Assembly: GCA_045627605.1 (NCBI GenBank)
Contig: JAZQOA010000056.1
Location: 23,685-87,684, forward strand
Length of the DNA: 64,000 bases
Origin: Kiritimatiellia bacterium
GTDB taxonomy: Bacteria > Verrucomicrobiota > Kiritimatiellia > RFP12 > JAAYLN01
Reading direction: 5' to 3'
In this document: in pieces, positions 36,789 to 46,707 of the stretch
Numbering within the stretch: the stretch's first letter is position 1
Layout: each line of letters begins with the position of its first letter
The notes under the pieces: model-generated
Told to the model about the DNA's origin: nothing
What the model saw: the letters and a program-made list of their open reading frames with translations, nothing else
The model's database searches: none
Translations under genes and position numbers: made by a program

Positions 36789-38996
36789 TCACCCCTCGGC
36801 GGAGAACTCGAAGACCGCGGAGTCATACCCCGCGCCAAGCCTGACGGGCAGGCCGGCGGAGGCCAATGCGTCGCCGCCGACGGGTTGCGCGATCTCCTCG
36901 GCGTGGCGACAATCCGCGACATTGATCTCCGCGACGCGGTAGCGCTTCGCGGGGTCGAGCCCCTGGAGGCGCAGGGCCGGGATGTAGTTCTTGTAGATGC
37001 CTCGCGCCAAGCCATACGCGAAGAGCACGGCCCGGGACTTGTCCTCCGAGACGTACATCAGCGCCGCGTAGTCGCCGGCGTAGGGGGAGGCGAGCCGGTA
37101 GAGGTCGCCCTGCTGCACGACGGGCCGGATGCGCCCGTAGGTTTTGACGGCCGCCTTGATGAACGGGACTTCGTCCGGCGCGACGTTGCCCGGGTGGAGC
37201 TCGAAGCCAAGCCGCCCCGACATCGCCACGTCAAAGCGGAACTTGATGGGCATCGGGCGCCCGGTCTGGTGGTTGGGCGAGGCCGTGACATGGCAGCCGA
37301 TGGCGTTGGCCGGGTAGAACTGGGTCTCGCCCCACTGGATGAAGACGCGCATGTGGGCGTCCGTGTCGTCCGAGCCCCAGCATTCGTCGGCGTATGTCCC
37401 CAGCGAACCGTATTCGACGTGGCCGCCGCCCGACGAACACGCCTGGAACATGACAGAGGGATGGGCCTTGGCGAGCCGCGCGGCAAGCTCGTAGACACCT
37501 GTCGCGTAGTCGAACCAGACGTTGGCCTGGCGGTCGGCGGGCAGGTAGGCGGACCCCGCGTTCATCACGTTGGCGTTGGCATCCCACTTCACGTAGGTGA
37601 TGCCGGGAACCTCCGTGAGGATCGCGTCGATTTGCCTGAAAATCGCGTCGCGGACGGCCGGGTTGCACATGTCGAGCACGACTTGCGTGCCGCCACGCCC
37701 CTGCCGCAGCGCCCGGGTTGGCTCGCGGAGCACCCAGTCCGGATGGTCCCGGACGATTTCGCTGCGGACGTTCGCCATCTCCGGCTCGAACCAGAGGCCC
37801 AGCCGCAAGCCGCGCTTCGCCGCCTCGGCGGCGAGGTACTTCGGGCCGCGCGGAAGCTTGTCGTAGTTCCACGTCCAGTCGCCGAGGCCGCACGTGTCGT
37901 CGGCGCGGGCGAATTCGCCACGCCCGAACCAGCCGTCGTCGATGACGAACATCTCCCCGCCGAAGTCGCGGACGCCGTCCATCATGTCCGTCAGCGTCTT
38001 CTCGGTGAACTTGAAGTAGGCGCCCTCCCAGCTGTTGAGCAGGATCGGCCGCAATTCGCGCCCGCGCGGCATGCAATGGCGCCGCGCCCACGCATGCAGA
38101 TTTCGCGAGACCTGGCCGCGGCCGGCGTCCGAATAGGTGAAGACGAACTTGGGGAGCGTGATCGCCTTGCCCGGGTCGAGCACGTAGGGGCCGGAGCAGT
38201 TCTCGACGCCGGCGTGGATCGCGAGGGCATCGGCGTGCGTGCGCATCGCGCCCGCCCCCCAGGCGCCCGACCAGGCCAATGCGCCGCCAAAAACCCGCCC
38301 CGAAGTCTCGGAAGATTCGCCATAGGCGACCATAAACGCGGGGTTCGACTCCCATGCGCCGCGGACGCCCGAGCGCGAGCCGATCGACACCGTGGCGCCG
38401 CGGCCGATTTTCGTCGCGTCGCACTGCGCCTCGGCCGCCCAGTGTCCTGAAAGATGGAAAAGCGTCGCGTCGCGCCCGGCGCCATTGATCTCCATGGCGA
38501 ACGAGTCCATGCGGGAAATCGACACCGGCCCCTTCTCGCCGTTCTCCAACTCCACCCAGGTCTCGAAGACGTCGCAGTCGGGCCAGGCGCGGAAATGCTG
38601 CGTCGCGAAAAAGCGGTAGACGGCGTCACGCATCCTGAAGACAAGGTGCGACGCGCCCCCCGGCTCCGTCTCGACGGAGGCGGCGTCCGCGACAAGCGCC
38701 GTCGAAGCCACGCCGTCTGCGTGGATCACGGCAAGGGCGCCGTAGGCGTCCATTCCCTGGCGGGGCTTGCCATTTCCTCCCTTGAGGTCGTCGCACGTGT
38801 CGTCGCCAAAGGCCGGGTACGACGCCTGCGACGGGTAGTGCAGCCCCGTGTAGAAATTCCACCCGCCGGGCCGCAACGCGAGGGCGTCGGAGGGGTTGGC
38901 GACCTTCCGCCCGAAATAGGCGTAGGAATAGCGCGATTCTTCACGCACGAAGGCGAGCATGCAGTTCGCCGTCGAAAGTTCAACGAAGTCTTCCAT
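36789..38996 (-). CDS. Alpha-galactosidase (GH36, melibiase family)
   Basis: 735 aa with FVIDDGWF, KWDANAN and the CSSGGG region. GH36 architecture. Confidence 0.85.
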   Translation of the reverse strand: MEDFVELSTANCMLAFVREESRYSYAYFGRKVANPSDALALRPGGWNFYTGLHYPSQASYPAFGDDTCDDLKGGNGKPRQGMDAYGALAVIHADGVASTALVADAASVETEPGGASHLVFRMRDAVYRFFATQHFRAWPDCDVFETWVELENGEKGPVSISRMDSFAMEINGAGRDATLFHLSGHWAAEAQCDATKIGRGATVSIGSRSGVRGAWESNPAFMVAYGESSETSGRVFGGALAWSGAWGAGAMRTHADALAIHAGVENCSGPYVLDPGKAITLPKFVFTYSDAGRGQVSRNLHAWARRHCMPRGRELRPILLNSWEGAYFKFTEKTLTDMMDGVRDFGGEMFVIDDGWFGRGEFARADDTCGLGDWTWNYDKLPRGPKYLAAEAAKRGLRLGLWFEPEMANVRSEIVRDHPDWVLREPTRALRQGRGGTQVVLDMCNPAVRDAIFRQIDAILTEVPGITYVKWDANANVMNAGSAYLPADRQANVWFDYATGVYELAARLAKAHPSVMFQACSSGGGHVEYGSLGTYADECWGSDDTDAHMRVFIQWGETQFYPANAIGCHVTASPNHQTGRPMPIKFRFDVAMSGRLGFELHPGNVAPDEVPFIKAAVKTYGRIRPVVQQGDLYRLASPYAGDYAALMYVSEDKSRAVLFAYGLARGIYKNYIPALRLQGLDPAKRYRVAEINVADCRHAEEIAQPVGGDALASAGLPVRLGAGYDSAVFEFSAEG

Positions 38997-38997
38997 T

Positions 38998-39696
38998 TCA
39001 CCAGATGTCGTAGTGGACCTTTTTCTCGTCCCACTTGTCCTTCGGCTGCGGGTCCTCGGCGGGGTAGCCGACGGGGACGATGTTGAGCGGCACGTAGCCC
39101 TCGGGGATGCCGAGGATACCGCGCACGGCGGCGATGCGTTCCTCGCCGGGGTAGACGCCCGTCCAGATCGCGCCCAACCCGAGGGAATGGGCGGCGAGCA
39201 GGAGGTTCATCGTGGCGGCCGAGCAGTCGCAGACCCACCAGCCGTCACCGTTCGCCGCGTTGCCGCAGACGATGATCGCGAGCTTTGCGCCGTTGCCGAC
39301 GCGGCAGTAGGGGTTGTTGTCCGCGAGGGCCTTCAGCTTCGCCGGGTCGCGGACGACCAGGAACTCCCACGGGCGCTTGTCGAGAGCCGACGGCGCGCAC
39401 ATCGCGGCCTTCAGGAGTTTTTCGACCGTCGCCTGGTCGACCTCCCTGGACGGGTCGAACTTCCTCACGGACTTCCGCGTGCGGATCGCGGATAGCGCAT
39501 CGGGCACCTTGCCGTCGGCCACCTCTTGCACACCGTCGCCCAAGCCGCCGAAAAACTCGGCCGCGCCCTTGCCTACGAGCTCCCCGCCTTTTCTCGCCAT
39601 CTTTCCTCCGGTCCTTTCAACCTTGTCGCACCCGGCGGCGACAACCACCGCCAACGCGGCGAACGCCGCGACCTTGAAAAAGCTCACTTGCAACAC
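38998..39696 (-). CDS. Nitroreductase-family flavoprotein with a predicted lipoprotein signal peptide
   Basis: Nitroreductase domain (RKSVRKFDPS...PWEFLVV...GLGAIWTG) preceded by MLQVSFFKVAAFAALAVVVAAGC (lipobox). GTG start, with an AAGGAAA RBS. Confidence 0.7.
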   Translation of the reverse strand: MLQVSFFKVAAFAALAVVVAAGCDKVERTGGKMARKGGELVGKGAAEFFGGLGDGVQEVADGKVPDALSAIRTRKSVRKFDPSREVDQATVEKLLKAAMCAPSALDKRPWEFLVVRDPAKLKALADNNPYCRVGNGAKLAIIVCGNAANGDGWWVCDCSAATMNLLLAAHSLGLGAIWTGVYPGEERIAAVRGILGIPEGYVPLNIVPVGYPAEDPQPKDKWDEKKVHYDIW

Positions 39697-39702
39697 CTTT
39701 CC

Positions 39703-40557
39703 TTAATTGAGGCCAAATTCAAGCCGCATGAACTCCGCGAGGGCGGCCTTCCAGTCCGGCATTGGCGGCAGTCCCGAAAGACGGAGCATCATCTTGTCAA
39801 GGCGCGAGTTTTTCGGCCGCGGCGCGGGACGCGGGAATTCCTCCGTGGCGCAGGGCTGGATCTTCTGGTCCACGCCGGCGAGGCGAAAGATTTCCGCGGC
39901 GAACTCCGCCCACGAGGCCTCGCCTTCGCATGTCATGTGGAATGTCCCGCAAAGATTCGGGCGCTTCAGGATTTCGCGCAGTTCGCGCGCGACGGCAAGC
40001 GCACTCGTGGGGTTGCCGCGCTGGTCGTCCACGACCTTGAGCACGGGGCGGGTGCCGTCCGCGAGCTTGAGCATCGCGTGCACGAAGCTCGGCCCGCCAA
40101 AGCCATAGAGCCACGAGATGCGGGCCACCACGTGGTTTGGGCAGAGCTGGCGGACAAGCTCCTCGCCCGCGAACTTGCTTTTGCCGTAAACCGTGGCCCC
40201 GCCCGTCGGGCGGTCAAATTCGCAATAGGGTCTTTCCGCGCCGCCGTCGAAAACGTAGTCCGTGGAAATCGCGACCAGGCGCGTCCCGTGCCGGTTGCAC
40301 GCCGCCGCGACATTGGCGCTGCCACGGGCATTCAGCCTGAAGGCGAAGTCAACGGCCTCCTCGCACTTGTCCACCGCCGTCATCGCCGCGCAATGAACCA
40401 CGGCATCGGGACGGTATTTGGCAATGACGCCGTCAATGCAGTCCTCGTCCGTGATGTCCGCCTCGGGGAGGTCTGTCGCAATCACTTCGAAATCGGTCAG
40501 CTCGCGCGAAATCGTGCGCCCGAGCATTCCCTTGCCGCCCGTGAGAAGCACTCTCAT
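39703..40557 (-). CDS. rfbD: dTDP-4-dehydrorhamnose reductase
   Basis: MRVLLTGGKGMLG...STDYVFDG, with RmlD signatures. Confidence 0.9.
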   Translation of the reverse strand: MRVLLTGGKGMLGRTISRELTDFEVIATDLPEADITDEDCIDGVIAKYRPDAVVHCAAMTAVDKCEEAVDFAFRLNARGSANVAAACNRHGTRLVAISTDYVFDGGAERPYCEFDRPTGGATVYGKSKFAGEELVRQLCPNHVVARISWLYGFGGPSFVHAMLKLADGTRPVLKVVDDQRGNPTSALAVARELREILKRPNLCGTFHMTCEGEASWAEFAAEIFRLAGVDQKIQPCATEEFPRPAPRPKNSRLDKMMLRLSGLPPMPDWKAALAEFMRLEFGLN

Positions 40558-40575
40558 ACCCGCTCCGCGCCACGC

Positions 40576-41442
40576 CTATACGAGGCCCTTGAGGTAGACG
40601 CCGTAAGACGACTTGCCGTAGCCGGCCGCAAGCTTGGCGAGCTGCGCGTCGGAAATCCACTTCTGGCGCCAGGCGATCTCCTCGATGCACGACATCTGGA
40701 GGCCTTGGCGTTCCTCGATGGCGCGGACGAAGCTCGTCGCATCGGCCAGCGACTGGTGCGTGCCCGTGTCGAGCCAGGCGAATCCACGGCCCATGAGCTT
40801 GACCTGGAGGCGCCCCTGGGCGAGGTAGGCCCGGTTGACATCGGTGATCTCGTACTCGCCGCGTGCCGAAGGCTTGAGATTCGCGGCGACATCCACGACG
40901 TCGTTGGGGTAGAAATAGAGCCCGACGACCGCGTAGTTCGACTTCGGCCGGGCGGGTTTCTCCTCGATGGTCTCGGCCTTCCCGGTGGCGTCAAACGACA
41001 CCACGCCGTAGCGTTCGGGATCCGTGACATGGTAGCCGAAGACCGTCGGCGCAGACGATGCCGTGGCTTCGCGGAGCAAGGCCGGGAGATTGGCGCCGTA
41101 GAAGATGTTGTCGCCGAGGACCAGGCAGGCGTCATCGCCCCCGAGGAACTCGCGGCCCAGCACAAAGGCCTGGGCAAGCCCGTTGGGCACCTCCTGCACC
41201 TTGTATGAGAACTTCATGCCAAGGTCGCTTCCGTCGCCAAGGAGGCGCTCGAAGTTCGGCAGGTCCTGCGGCGTGGAGATGACCAGCACCTCGCGGATGC
41301 CGGCGAGCATCAGCGTTGAAAGCGGGTAGAAAACCATTGGCTTGTCATAGACCGGCAGCAACTGCTTCGACACGACACGTGTGAGCGGATGCAGCCTCGT
41401 ACCGGCGCCGCCGGCGAGAATTATTCCCTTGCGCATTTGCAT
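40576..41442 (-). CDS. rfbA: Glucose-1-phosphate thymidylyltransferase
   Basis: [17 protein letters not shown], the RmlA signature. Strong AGGAGGAAT RBS. Confidence 0.92.
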   Translation of the reverse strand: MQMRKGIILAGGAGTRLHPLTRVVSKQLLPVYDKPMVFYPLSTLMLAGIREVLVISTPQDLPNFERLLGDGSDLGMKFSYKVQEVPNGLAQAFVLGREFLGGDDACLVLGDNIFYGANLPALLREATASSAPTVFGYHVTDPERYGVVSFDATGKAETIEEKPARPKSNYAVVGLYFYPNDVVDVAANLKPSARGEYEITDVNRAYLAQGRLQVKLMGRGFAWLDTGTHQSLADATSFVRAIEERQGLQMSCIEEIAWRQKWISDAQLAKLAAGYGKSSYGVYLKGLV

Positions 41443-41526
41443 TCCTCCTTGAAGTCTCGGCTATTTAGTATAGCAAACTCGCGGCGAATGTATGGTAAAA
41501 TATTAACCTTCCTTTTGGAGACGCAA

Positions 41527-42078
41527 ATGCCATTTTCTTTTGAAACAACGGAAATACCCGAAGTCATCCTCGTCAAGCCCAAGTTCTTCGGCGACGCAAG
41601 GGGCTTCTTCGAGGAAACCTACAAGGAGGCCGACTTCAAGGCCGCCGGAATCGACGCCCGCTTCGTCCAGGACAACCATTCGTTTTCGCGGCGCGGCGTC
41701 TTGCGCGGCCTTCACTGGCAGAAGGCGCCCTTCACGCAGGGCAAGCTCGTCGGCGTCGTCACTGGCCGCATCTGGGATGTCGCCGTCGACATCCGCAAGG
41801 GGTCGCCGACATACGGGAAATGGACGGCGCGCGAACTCTCCGAGGAAAACCACGCCATGCTTTGGGTGCCGCCGGGCTTCGCCCACGGTTTCGCCGTGCT
41901 GAGCGAAACCGCGCACTTCACCTACAAGTGCACGAATGTCTACGCCCCCCAGGCCGAAGCCAACTGCCGGTGGAACGACCCGGACCTCGCCATCGCCTGG
42001 CCACTCGAAGGCCTGGAGCCCTGCACTTCGCCCAAGGACAATGCCGCGCCGCGCTTCCGCGACATCGAGCCCCTCTGA
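41527..42078 (+). CDS. rfbC: dTDP-4-dehydrorhamnose 3,5-epimerase
   Basis: PEVILVKPKFFGDARGFF...RGLHWQ...MLWVPPGFAHGF. Cupin RmlC motifs. Confidence 0.92.
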   Translation: MPFSFETTEIPEVILVKPKFFGDARGFFEETYKEADFKAAGIDARFVQDNHSFSRRGVLRGLHWQKAPFTQGKLVGVVTGRIWDVAVDIRKGSPTYGKWTARELSEENHAMLWVPPGFAHGFAVLSETAHFTYKCTNVYAPQAEANCRWNDPDLAIAWPLEGLEPCTSPKDNAAPRFRDIEPL

Positions 42079-42082
42079 CGCC

Positions 42083-42901
42083 ATGACCGTCTCCGTCGTC
42101 ATCCCGACCTACAACTACGCGCGCTTCCTGCCGCAGGCCATCGACAGCGTCCTCGCGCAAACGGTCAAGCCGCTTGAAGTCATCGTCGCGGACGACGGCA
42201 GCACGGACAACACCGAAGAGGTTGTCGCCGCCTACGGAGACAAGGTGCGCCATCTCCGCTACGGGCACATGGGCGTCTACGCCGTGCGCCAGGCGCTGCT
42301 TGCGGAAATCAAGGGCGACTGGTTCCTCAACCTCGACGCCGACAACTTCGTCGAGCCGGACTTCATCGAGAAATCCCTCGATGTCCTCGCCACATCCCCC
42401 GGGGACTGCGCCTTCGCCTATCCCGACCGCGTCACTTTCGGCGCATTCGTCCAGCATGTGCGCGTCCCGGAATTCGACATCGCCCTCTTCAAGAAGAAGA
42501 ACTTCGTCGACATGAATGCGCTCGTCAACACCGAGATCGCGCGCAAGACCGGGTTTGACCCGGCCTTCAACGACGGGTGGGGCGACTACGACTTCTTCCT
42601 CCGCGTCGCCAAAGCCGGCCACAGGGGCGTCGCCCAGCACCAAAGCCCCCTCCACTACCGGGTGCATTCGGCGAGCATCACCGCCGCCACGGAAAACTCG
42701 CTCGACAAAAAGCACAAGCTCATGCAGCGGATGGTGGAAAAGCACACGGACTTCTTTTCGCGGGAAGAGGCCGAAGCCGCCCTGAAATACTTTTCAAGGG
42801 CGGCCGCCCGGCGCACCCACGTCTGCACCCTGCTTCTCGAGCGGCGCTACCTCGCCGCCGCGGGACGGCTCCTCGCCTACAACTTCAAGCTCCTCGGGTA
42901 A
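42083..42901 (+). CDS. Glycosyltransferase family 2
   Basis: VSVVIPTYNYARFL...VIVADDGSTDNT...LNLDADN (DxD). Confidence 0.85.
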   Translation: MTVSVVIPTYNYARFLPQAIDSVLAQTVKPLEVIVADDGSTDNTEEVVAAYGDKVRHLRYGHMGVYAVRQALLAEIKGDWFLNLDADNFVEPDFIEKSLDVLATSPGDCAFAYPDRVTFGAFVQHVRVPEFDIALFKKKNFVDMNALVNTEIARKTGFDPAFNDGWGDYDFFLRVAKAGHRGVAQHQSPLHYRVHSASITAATENSLDKKHKLMQRMVEKHTDFFSREEAEAALKYFSRAAARRTHVCTLLLERRYLAAAGRLLAYNFKLLG

Positions 42902-42905
42902 CGCC

Positions 42906-43886
42906 ATGTCCCGCGATTTCGACATCTCGGTCGTCATCCCCGTCTTCAATGGCGCAAACACCCTTCGCCACGCAGTGGACTCGGTCCTGGAGCAACCCGA
43001 AGCCGCCGAAATCGTCATCGTCGACGATGGCTCCGCCGACGGTTCCCCGGCGCTCGCCGAATCCATCGCCCGCGAACATCCCGGCAAGATACGCGCCGTG
43101 CGGCATCCCGACGGCGGCAACCACGGCGCGGGCGCCAGCCGCAACCTCGGCATTGAAAGCGCCACGTGCGACTGGATCGCCTTCCTCGACGCCGACGACT
43201 ACTACCTTCCTGGCCGTTTCAGGAAAGACGCCGAAACCTTGGCCGGGGACCCCGCGCTCGACGGCGCCTACGACGCCCTCGGGCTCGACCTCTCCGACGA
43301 CAAGGACGACTGGTGGCGGAAATCGGGCAACTACCAGGGTCTTGTCACCATGGCCCGCGCCTATCGGCCCGAACATCTCTTCAGCCACATGAACCCCGTC
43401 GGCATCGACGGGTCGTTCAGCACCGACGCGATCGTCGTCCACCGGCGCATTTTCGACAAGACCGGCTGCAAATTCAGTCCGATGAAGTTCGGCGAAGACA
43501 CCCTGCTCTGGATGCAGATGGCCGCCGTCGGGCGGCTCGCCGCCGCATCGATTGCAACCCCCGTCGCGATGAGACGGGTTCACGCCGGCAACTCGATCCG
43601 AAGCAACACCGACCGCCGCGCGACCATCGCCGCGGTTTTCGCCGCCTTCAGGGCCTGGGACCGCTTTGAAAGCATCGGCGAGGCCAACAGGACGGCCTTC
43701 CGGCAGGCCGGCATCCATCTCGCGCGCGACTGGCATGAATTGGCGGAGGCCTTTCGCCTCGGCAACGGCTTCGCCTCGGCGGCGGCCTGGCGCGCCTTTC
43801 TCCGCTGGTTCTTCATCCGGCAATTCCCCGAAGACCCGTTTCTGCCGGGATTCATGCCAACGGCAAGGCGACGCACCCAGCGATGA
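42906..43886 (+). CDS. Glycosyltransferase family 2
   Basis: ISVVIPVFNGANTL...IVIVDDGSADGS...FLDADD. Paralog of the 48011-48979 gene. Confidence 0.85.
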   Translation: MSRDFDISVVIPVFNGANTLRHAVDSVLEQPEAAEIVIVDDGSADGSPALAESIAREHPGKIRAVRHPDGGNHGAGASRNLGIESATCDWIAFLDADDYYLPGRFRKDAETLAGDPALDGAYDALGLDLSDDKDDWWRKSGNYQGLVTMARAYRPEHLFSHMNPVGIDGSFSTDAIVVHRRIFDKTGCKFSPMKFGEDTLLWMQMAAVGRLAAASIATPVAMRRVHAGNSIRSNTDRRATIAAVFAAFRAWDRFESIGEANRTAFRQAGIHLARDWHELAEAFRLGNGFASAAAWRAFLRWFFIRQFPEDPFLPGFMPTARRRTQR

Positions 43887-45310
43887 ACCTCTCGTCACTC
43901 CTCTTCCTCTTCATCTTCCTGCCCGCCGTCATGGCGGCGTATTTTGCCGTGCGCCGATGGACGCCCCGGCGGGGCAACGGAGTGCTTCTCGCGGCAAGCC
44001 TCGCGTTCTACGCCTGGGGCGAGCCAAAGTTCATCTACGCGCTCGCCGGAATCGCGCTTCTCAACTGGGGCCTTGGCCTTGGCATGGCCCCCGGCCGCCC
44101 CGGGGCGCTTCGCAAGGCCGCATTCGCCTCCGCGCTTTCAATCGACATCGGCGTGCTCTTCGCCTACAAGTATTTCGGATTTGTACACGGCAACATCCTC
44201 GCCGCGCTCGGGTCAAATGCCGCGCCGTTTTCGCTTGCGCTGCCCCTGGGCATTTCGTTCTTCACGTTTTCCATGGTTTCATACGCCATCGACGTCTATT
44301 CGGGGAAATACGCGCCGGAAAGACACCTCTCGAATTTCGCCCTTTACGTCACCTTCTTCCCGAAAATCGCCGTCGGCCCAATCTCCCGCTACCCTGAAAT
44401 GGCGGCGGAACTTGCCTCCCGGCGGGAAACGCCCGGCGATGTCGCCGCCGGCATCGGCAGATTTGTCGTCGGCTTCGGCAAGAAAGTCTTTTTCGCCGGG
44501 CATCTCGGCATCATCGCGGACAACCTCTTTCTCCTTGCCGAAGACGGCCATCCCCTTTCGGCGGCCTCGGCCTGGATCGGCCTCATCGCCTATTCGCTCC
44601 AAATCTACTTTGATTTCTCCGGCTACTCCGACATGGCGATCGGCCTCTGCCGCGTCTTCGGCTTTCGCATCGGCGAAAACTTCAACCACCCCTACGCCGC
44701 GACAAGCGTGACGGACTTCTGGCGCCGGTGGCACATGTCCCTTTCCTCCTGGTTCCGCGACTACGTCTACATTCCGATGGGCGGAAACCGCCGTTCGCAA
44801 CCAAGGGTGATTTTCAACCTCTTCGTCGTCTGGCTTCTCACGGGCGTCTGGCACGGCGCGAACTGGACGTTCATCGCCTGGGGCCTCATGTACTTCTGCC
44901 TCCTCATGTTCGAGCGTTCAACCGGGCTTGTGAAAACAGCAGGCCTGCCGCTTGCGAAACGCCTTGCCATGCGCGGCTGGACGCTTCTGGCCGTCGCGCT
45001 CTGCTGGGCCGTCTTCCGTTCCACGTCGCTCTCCGACGCCGCCAACTACATGGGCCTGCTTTTCGGTTCGTCGGGGGTCGCCTTCGACGCGATGGCCAAA
45101 TCATACCTCGTCAACGGCGGCGGCGTGATGGCCCTCGCCACAATCTGCGCCTTCCCCGTTTCAAACCTTCTCGAAAAGTTTGCGAAAAACCGCGGATTCA
45201 CCCCGGCCTACCACGCCCTTTGCCTTGTCTTTCTCGCCGCGACACTTGTCCTCTCCGTCCTTATGTGCTTCAAGTCAAGCCACAACCCCGCGATCTACTT
45301 CCAGTTCTAA
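43883..45310 (+). CDS. MBOAT-family membrane O-acyltransferase (AlgI/DltB-like)
   Basis: 475-aa polytopic protein with MBOAT His region ...WHMSLSSWFRDYVYIPMGG. ATGA overlap with the previous gene. Confidence 0.85.
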   Translation: MNLSSLLFLFIFLPAVMAAYFAVRRWTPRRGNGVLLAASLAFYAWGEPKFIYALAGIALLNWGLGLGMAPGRPGALRKAAFASALSIDIGVLFAYKYFGFVHGNILAALGSNAAPFSLALPLGISFFTFSMVSYAIDVYSGKYAPERHLSNFALYVTFFPKIAVGPISRYPEMAAELASRRETPGDVAAGIGRFVVGFGKKVFFAGHLGIIADNLFLLAEDGHPLSAASAWIGLIAYSLQIYFDFSGYSDMAIGLCRVFGFRIGENFNHPYAATSVTDFWRRWHMSLSSWFRDYVYIPMGGNRRSQPRVIFNLFVVWLLTGVWHGANWTFIAWGLMYFCLLMFERSTGLVKTAGLPLAKRLAMRGWTLLAVALCWAVFRSTSLSDAANYMGLLFGSSGVAFDAMAKSYLVNGGGVMALATICAFPVSNLLEKFAKNRGFTPAYHALCLVFLAATLVLSVLMCFKSSHNPAIYFQF

Positions 45311-46536
45311 TGAAGGCGACACGAACATACGACATCGGCGTGAAAGTGGCGACAGGCTTGTTCCTGGCTTTCATCGCGGCGGGATTCGCCGTCTTCGGCA
45401 CAAGATACGCCCTCCGCTCCCTTGCCGGCGCCCAAGTGCGCGATTCCCGGTTCGGCGACTTCGTCCTTCGCGGCGGGCACACGGAAATCGCCGGCACCAA
45501 GGCCAGGCCCAAGGGCAATGAAAAGGCCGCCCTGCAATGGGAGATCAGCGACAACCCCCCGGCAAAAATCAAGCTGCTGGAAGCCGCCGCGGCAATAGAC
45601 CGCCACCTCGGCTGGAACATCCCCGCCGTTTCGCAACGGGGGCCGTTTCACTTCACAATGGGCGGCGGCTACCTGGGGAACGCCTCCTACGTGACGCGGG
45701 CCCGTCTTGCAAGCCGAACACGCTGGTTGAAGAATTTCACCGCGAAACTCAAGGCGGCTGGCGGCACGAACATCGTCTTCGCCGTCTGCCCGTCGCGCTA
45801 CGACGAGGGCGACCGCCTCTACGAAAATGTCTTCGACTTCGAACTCGCCGCCATCCGCGAGGAGGCGAAGGTCCTTGCCGCTGACGGCATTTCAACCATC
45901 GACCTCGCGGACAGGATGCGGAAATCCAACCTGCGGCCACACGACGCCTTCTACGCCACCGACCATCACTTCAATGATCGCTGCGCCATTTGGTCCGCAA
46001 AGGAATTGGCAACGTTCGTAAACGACGAGTTCGGAACCGGCCTCGACCTCGGCGCACTCGCCCCGGGCAACTTCAAGGCGCATCCCTACAGGCAAATGTT
46101 CCTCGGCGCCATTGGAAAGCGCGCCACGCTCTCGCTTTGCCAGAAGGACGACTTCCGCTTCCTCGGCACAGTCCTTCCGGTGGAATTCGAATTCGAAGCC
46201 ATACGTCCCAATGGAAGCGCCCTTCACACACGCGGCGGCCCCAAGGCACTCGCCTCCGACCCGACGCTCCGCCGGGAAACCCCCTACGCGGCAAATCCCT
46301 ACGGCGCCTACGCCTATTCGGACAACGCCATAGCAAAAATCCACAACCACTCACAGACGAACGGAACCCGCCTGCTCTTTTTCTCGGATTCCTCCGACAA
46401 CATTCTGCTACCCGTCGTCGCCTGCGCGGCGACCGACGTGGAAAGCATCGACCTCCGCCACTACAAGGACGATCCGTTCGGCTACGTCTCGACCAACCAC
46501 TTCGACGCCGTCATCTTGTTCTGGAGCCACCCGTAG
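45310..46536 (+). CDS. AlgJ/AlgX/DltD-like SGNH-type O-acetylation partner protein
   Basis: N-terminal transmembrane anchor then a periplasmic domain. Lies immediately downstream of the MBOAT gene (TAATG overlap), the typical AlgI-AlgJ pairing. Confidence 0.6.
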   Translation: MKATRTYDIGVKVATGLFLAFIAAGFAVFGTRYALRSLAGAQVRDSRFGDFVLRGGHTEIAGTKARPKGNEKAALQWEISDNPPAKIKLLEAAAAIDRHLGWNIPAVSQRGPFHFTMGGGYLGNASYVTRARLASRTRWLKNFTAKLKAAGGTNIVFAVCPSRYDEGDRLYENVFDFELAAIREEAKVLAADGISTIDLADRMRKSNLRPHDAFYATDHHFNDRCAIWSAKELATFVNDEFGTGLDLGALAPGNFKAHPYRQMFLGAIGKRATLSLCQKDDFRFLGTVLPVEFEFEAIRPNGSALHTRGGPKALASDPTLRRETPYAANPYGAYAYSDNAIAKIHNHSQTNGTRLLFFSDSSDNILLPVVACAATDVESIDLRHYKDDPFGYVSTNHFDAVILFWSHP

Positions 46537-46669
46537 CCTTGGCCAATCAGGAGCGGACGATGTGGATCGCCTTGCCGTCTTGCACCGCGTAAATAAGGCG
46601 TTTTGGAGTGATGAAATTTCGTAAATAAGGCGTTTAAGAAGCGTGAATTTTCCCAAATAAGGCGCTTCG

Positions 46670-46707
46670 CGTTGACACACAGAAGAAAGAAAGTGTATAA
46701 TACGTGC
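46670..46707 (+). promoter_or_regulatory. Canonical sigma70 promoter TTGACA-N18-TATAAT, preceded by 3 direct repeats AAATAAGGCG (46580-46670)
   Basis: TTGACACACAGAAGAAAGAAAGTGTATAAT immediately upstream of the ATG at 46708. The segment is low-GC. Confidence 0.5.

Noticed and set aside
35803-36792. ORF-track lpxI extension to 36792
   Set aside because: It runs through a canonical tRNA-Gly on the same strand. The true LpxI start MDNDDLLIIAGKG is at 36639.
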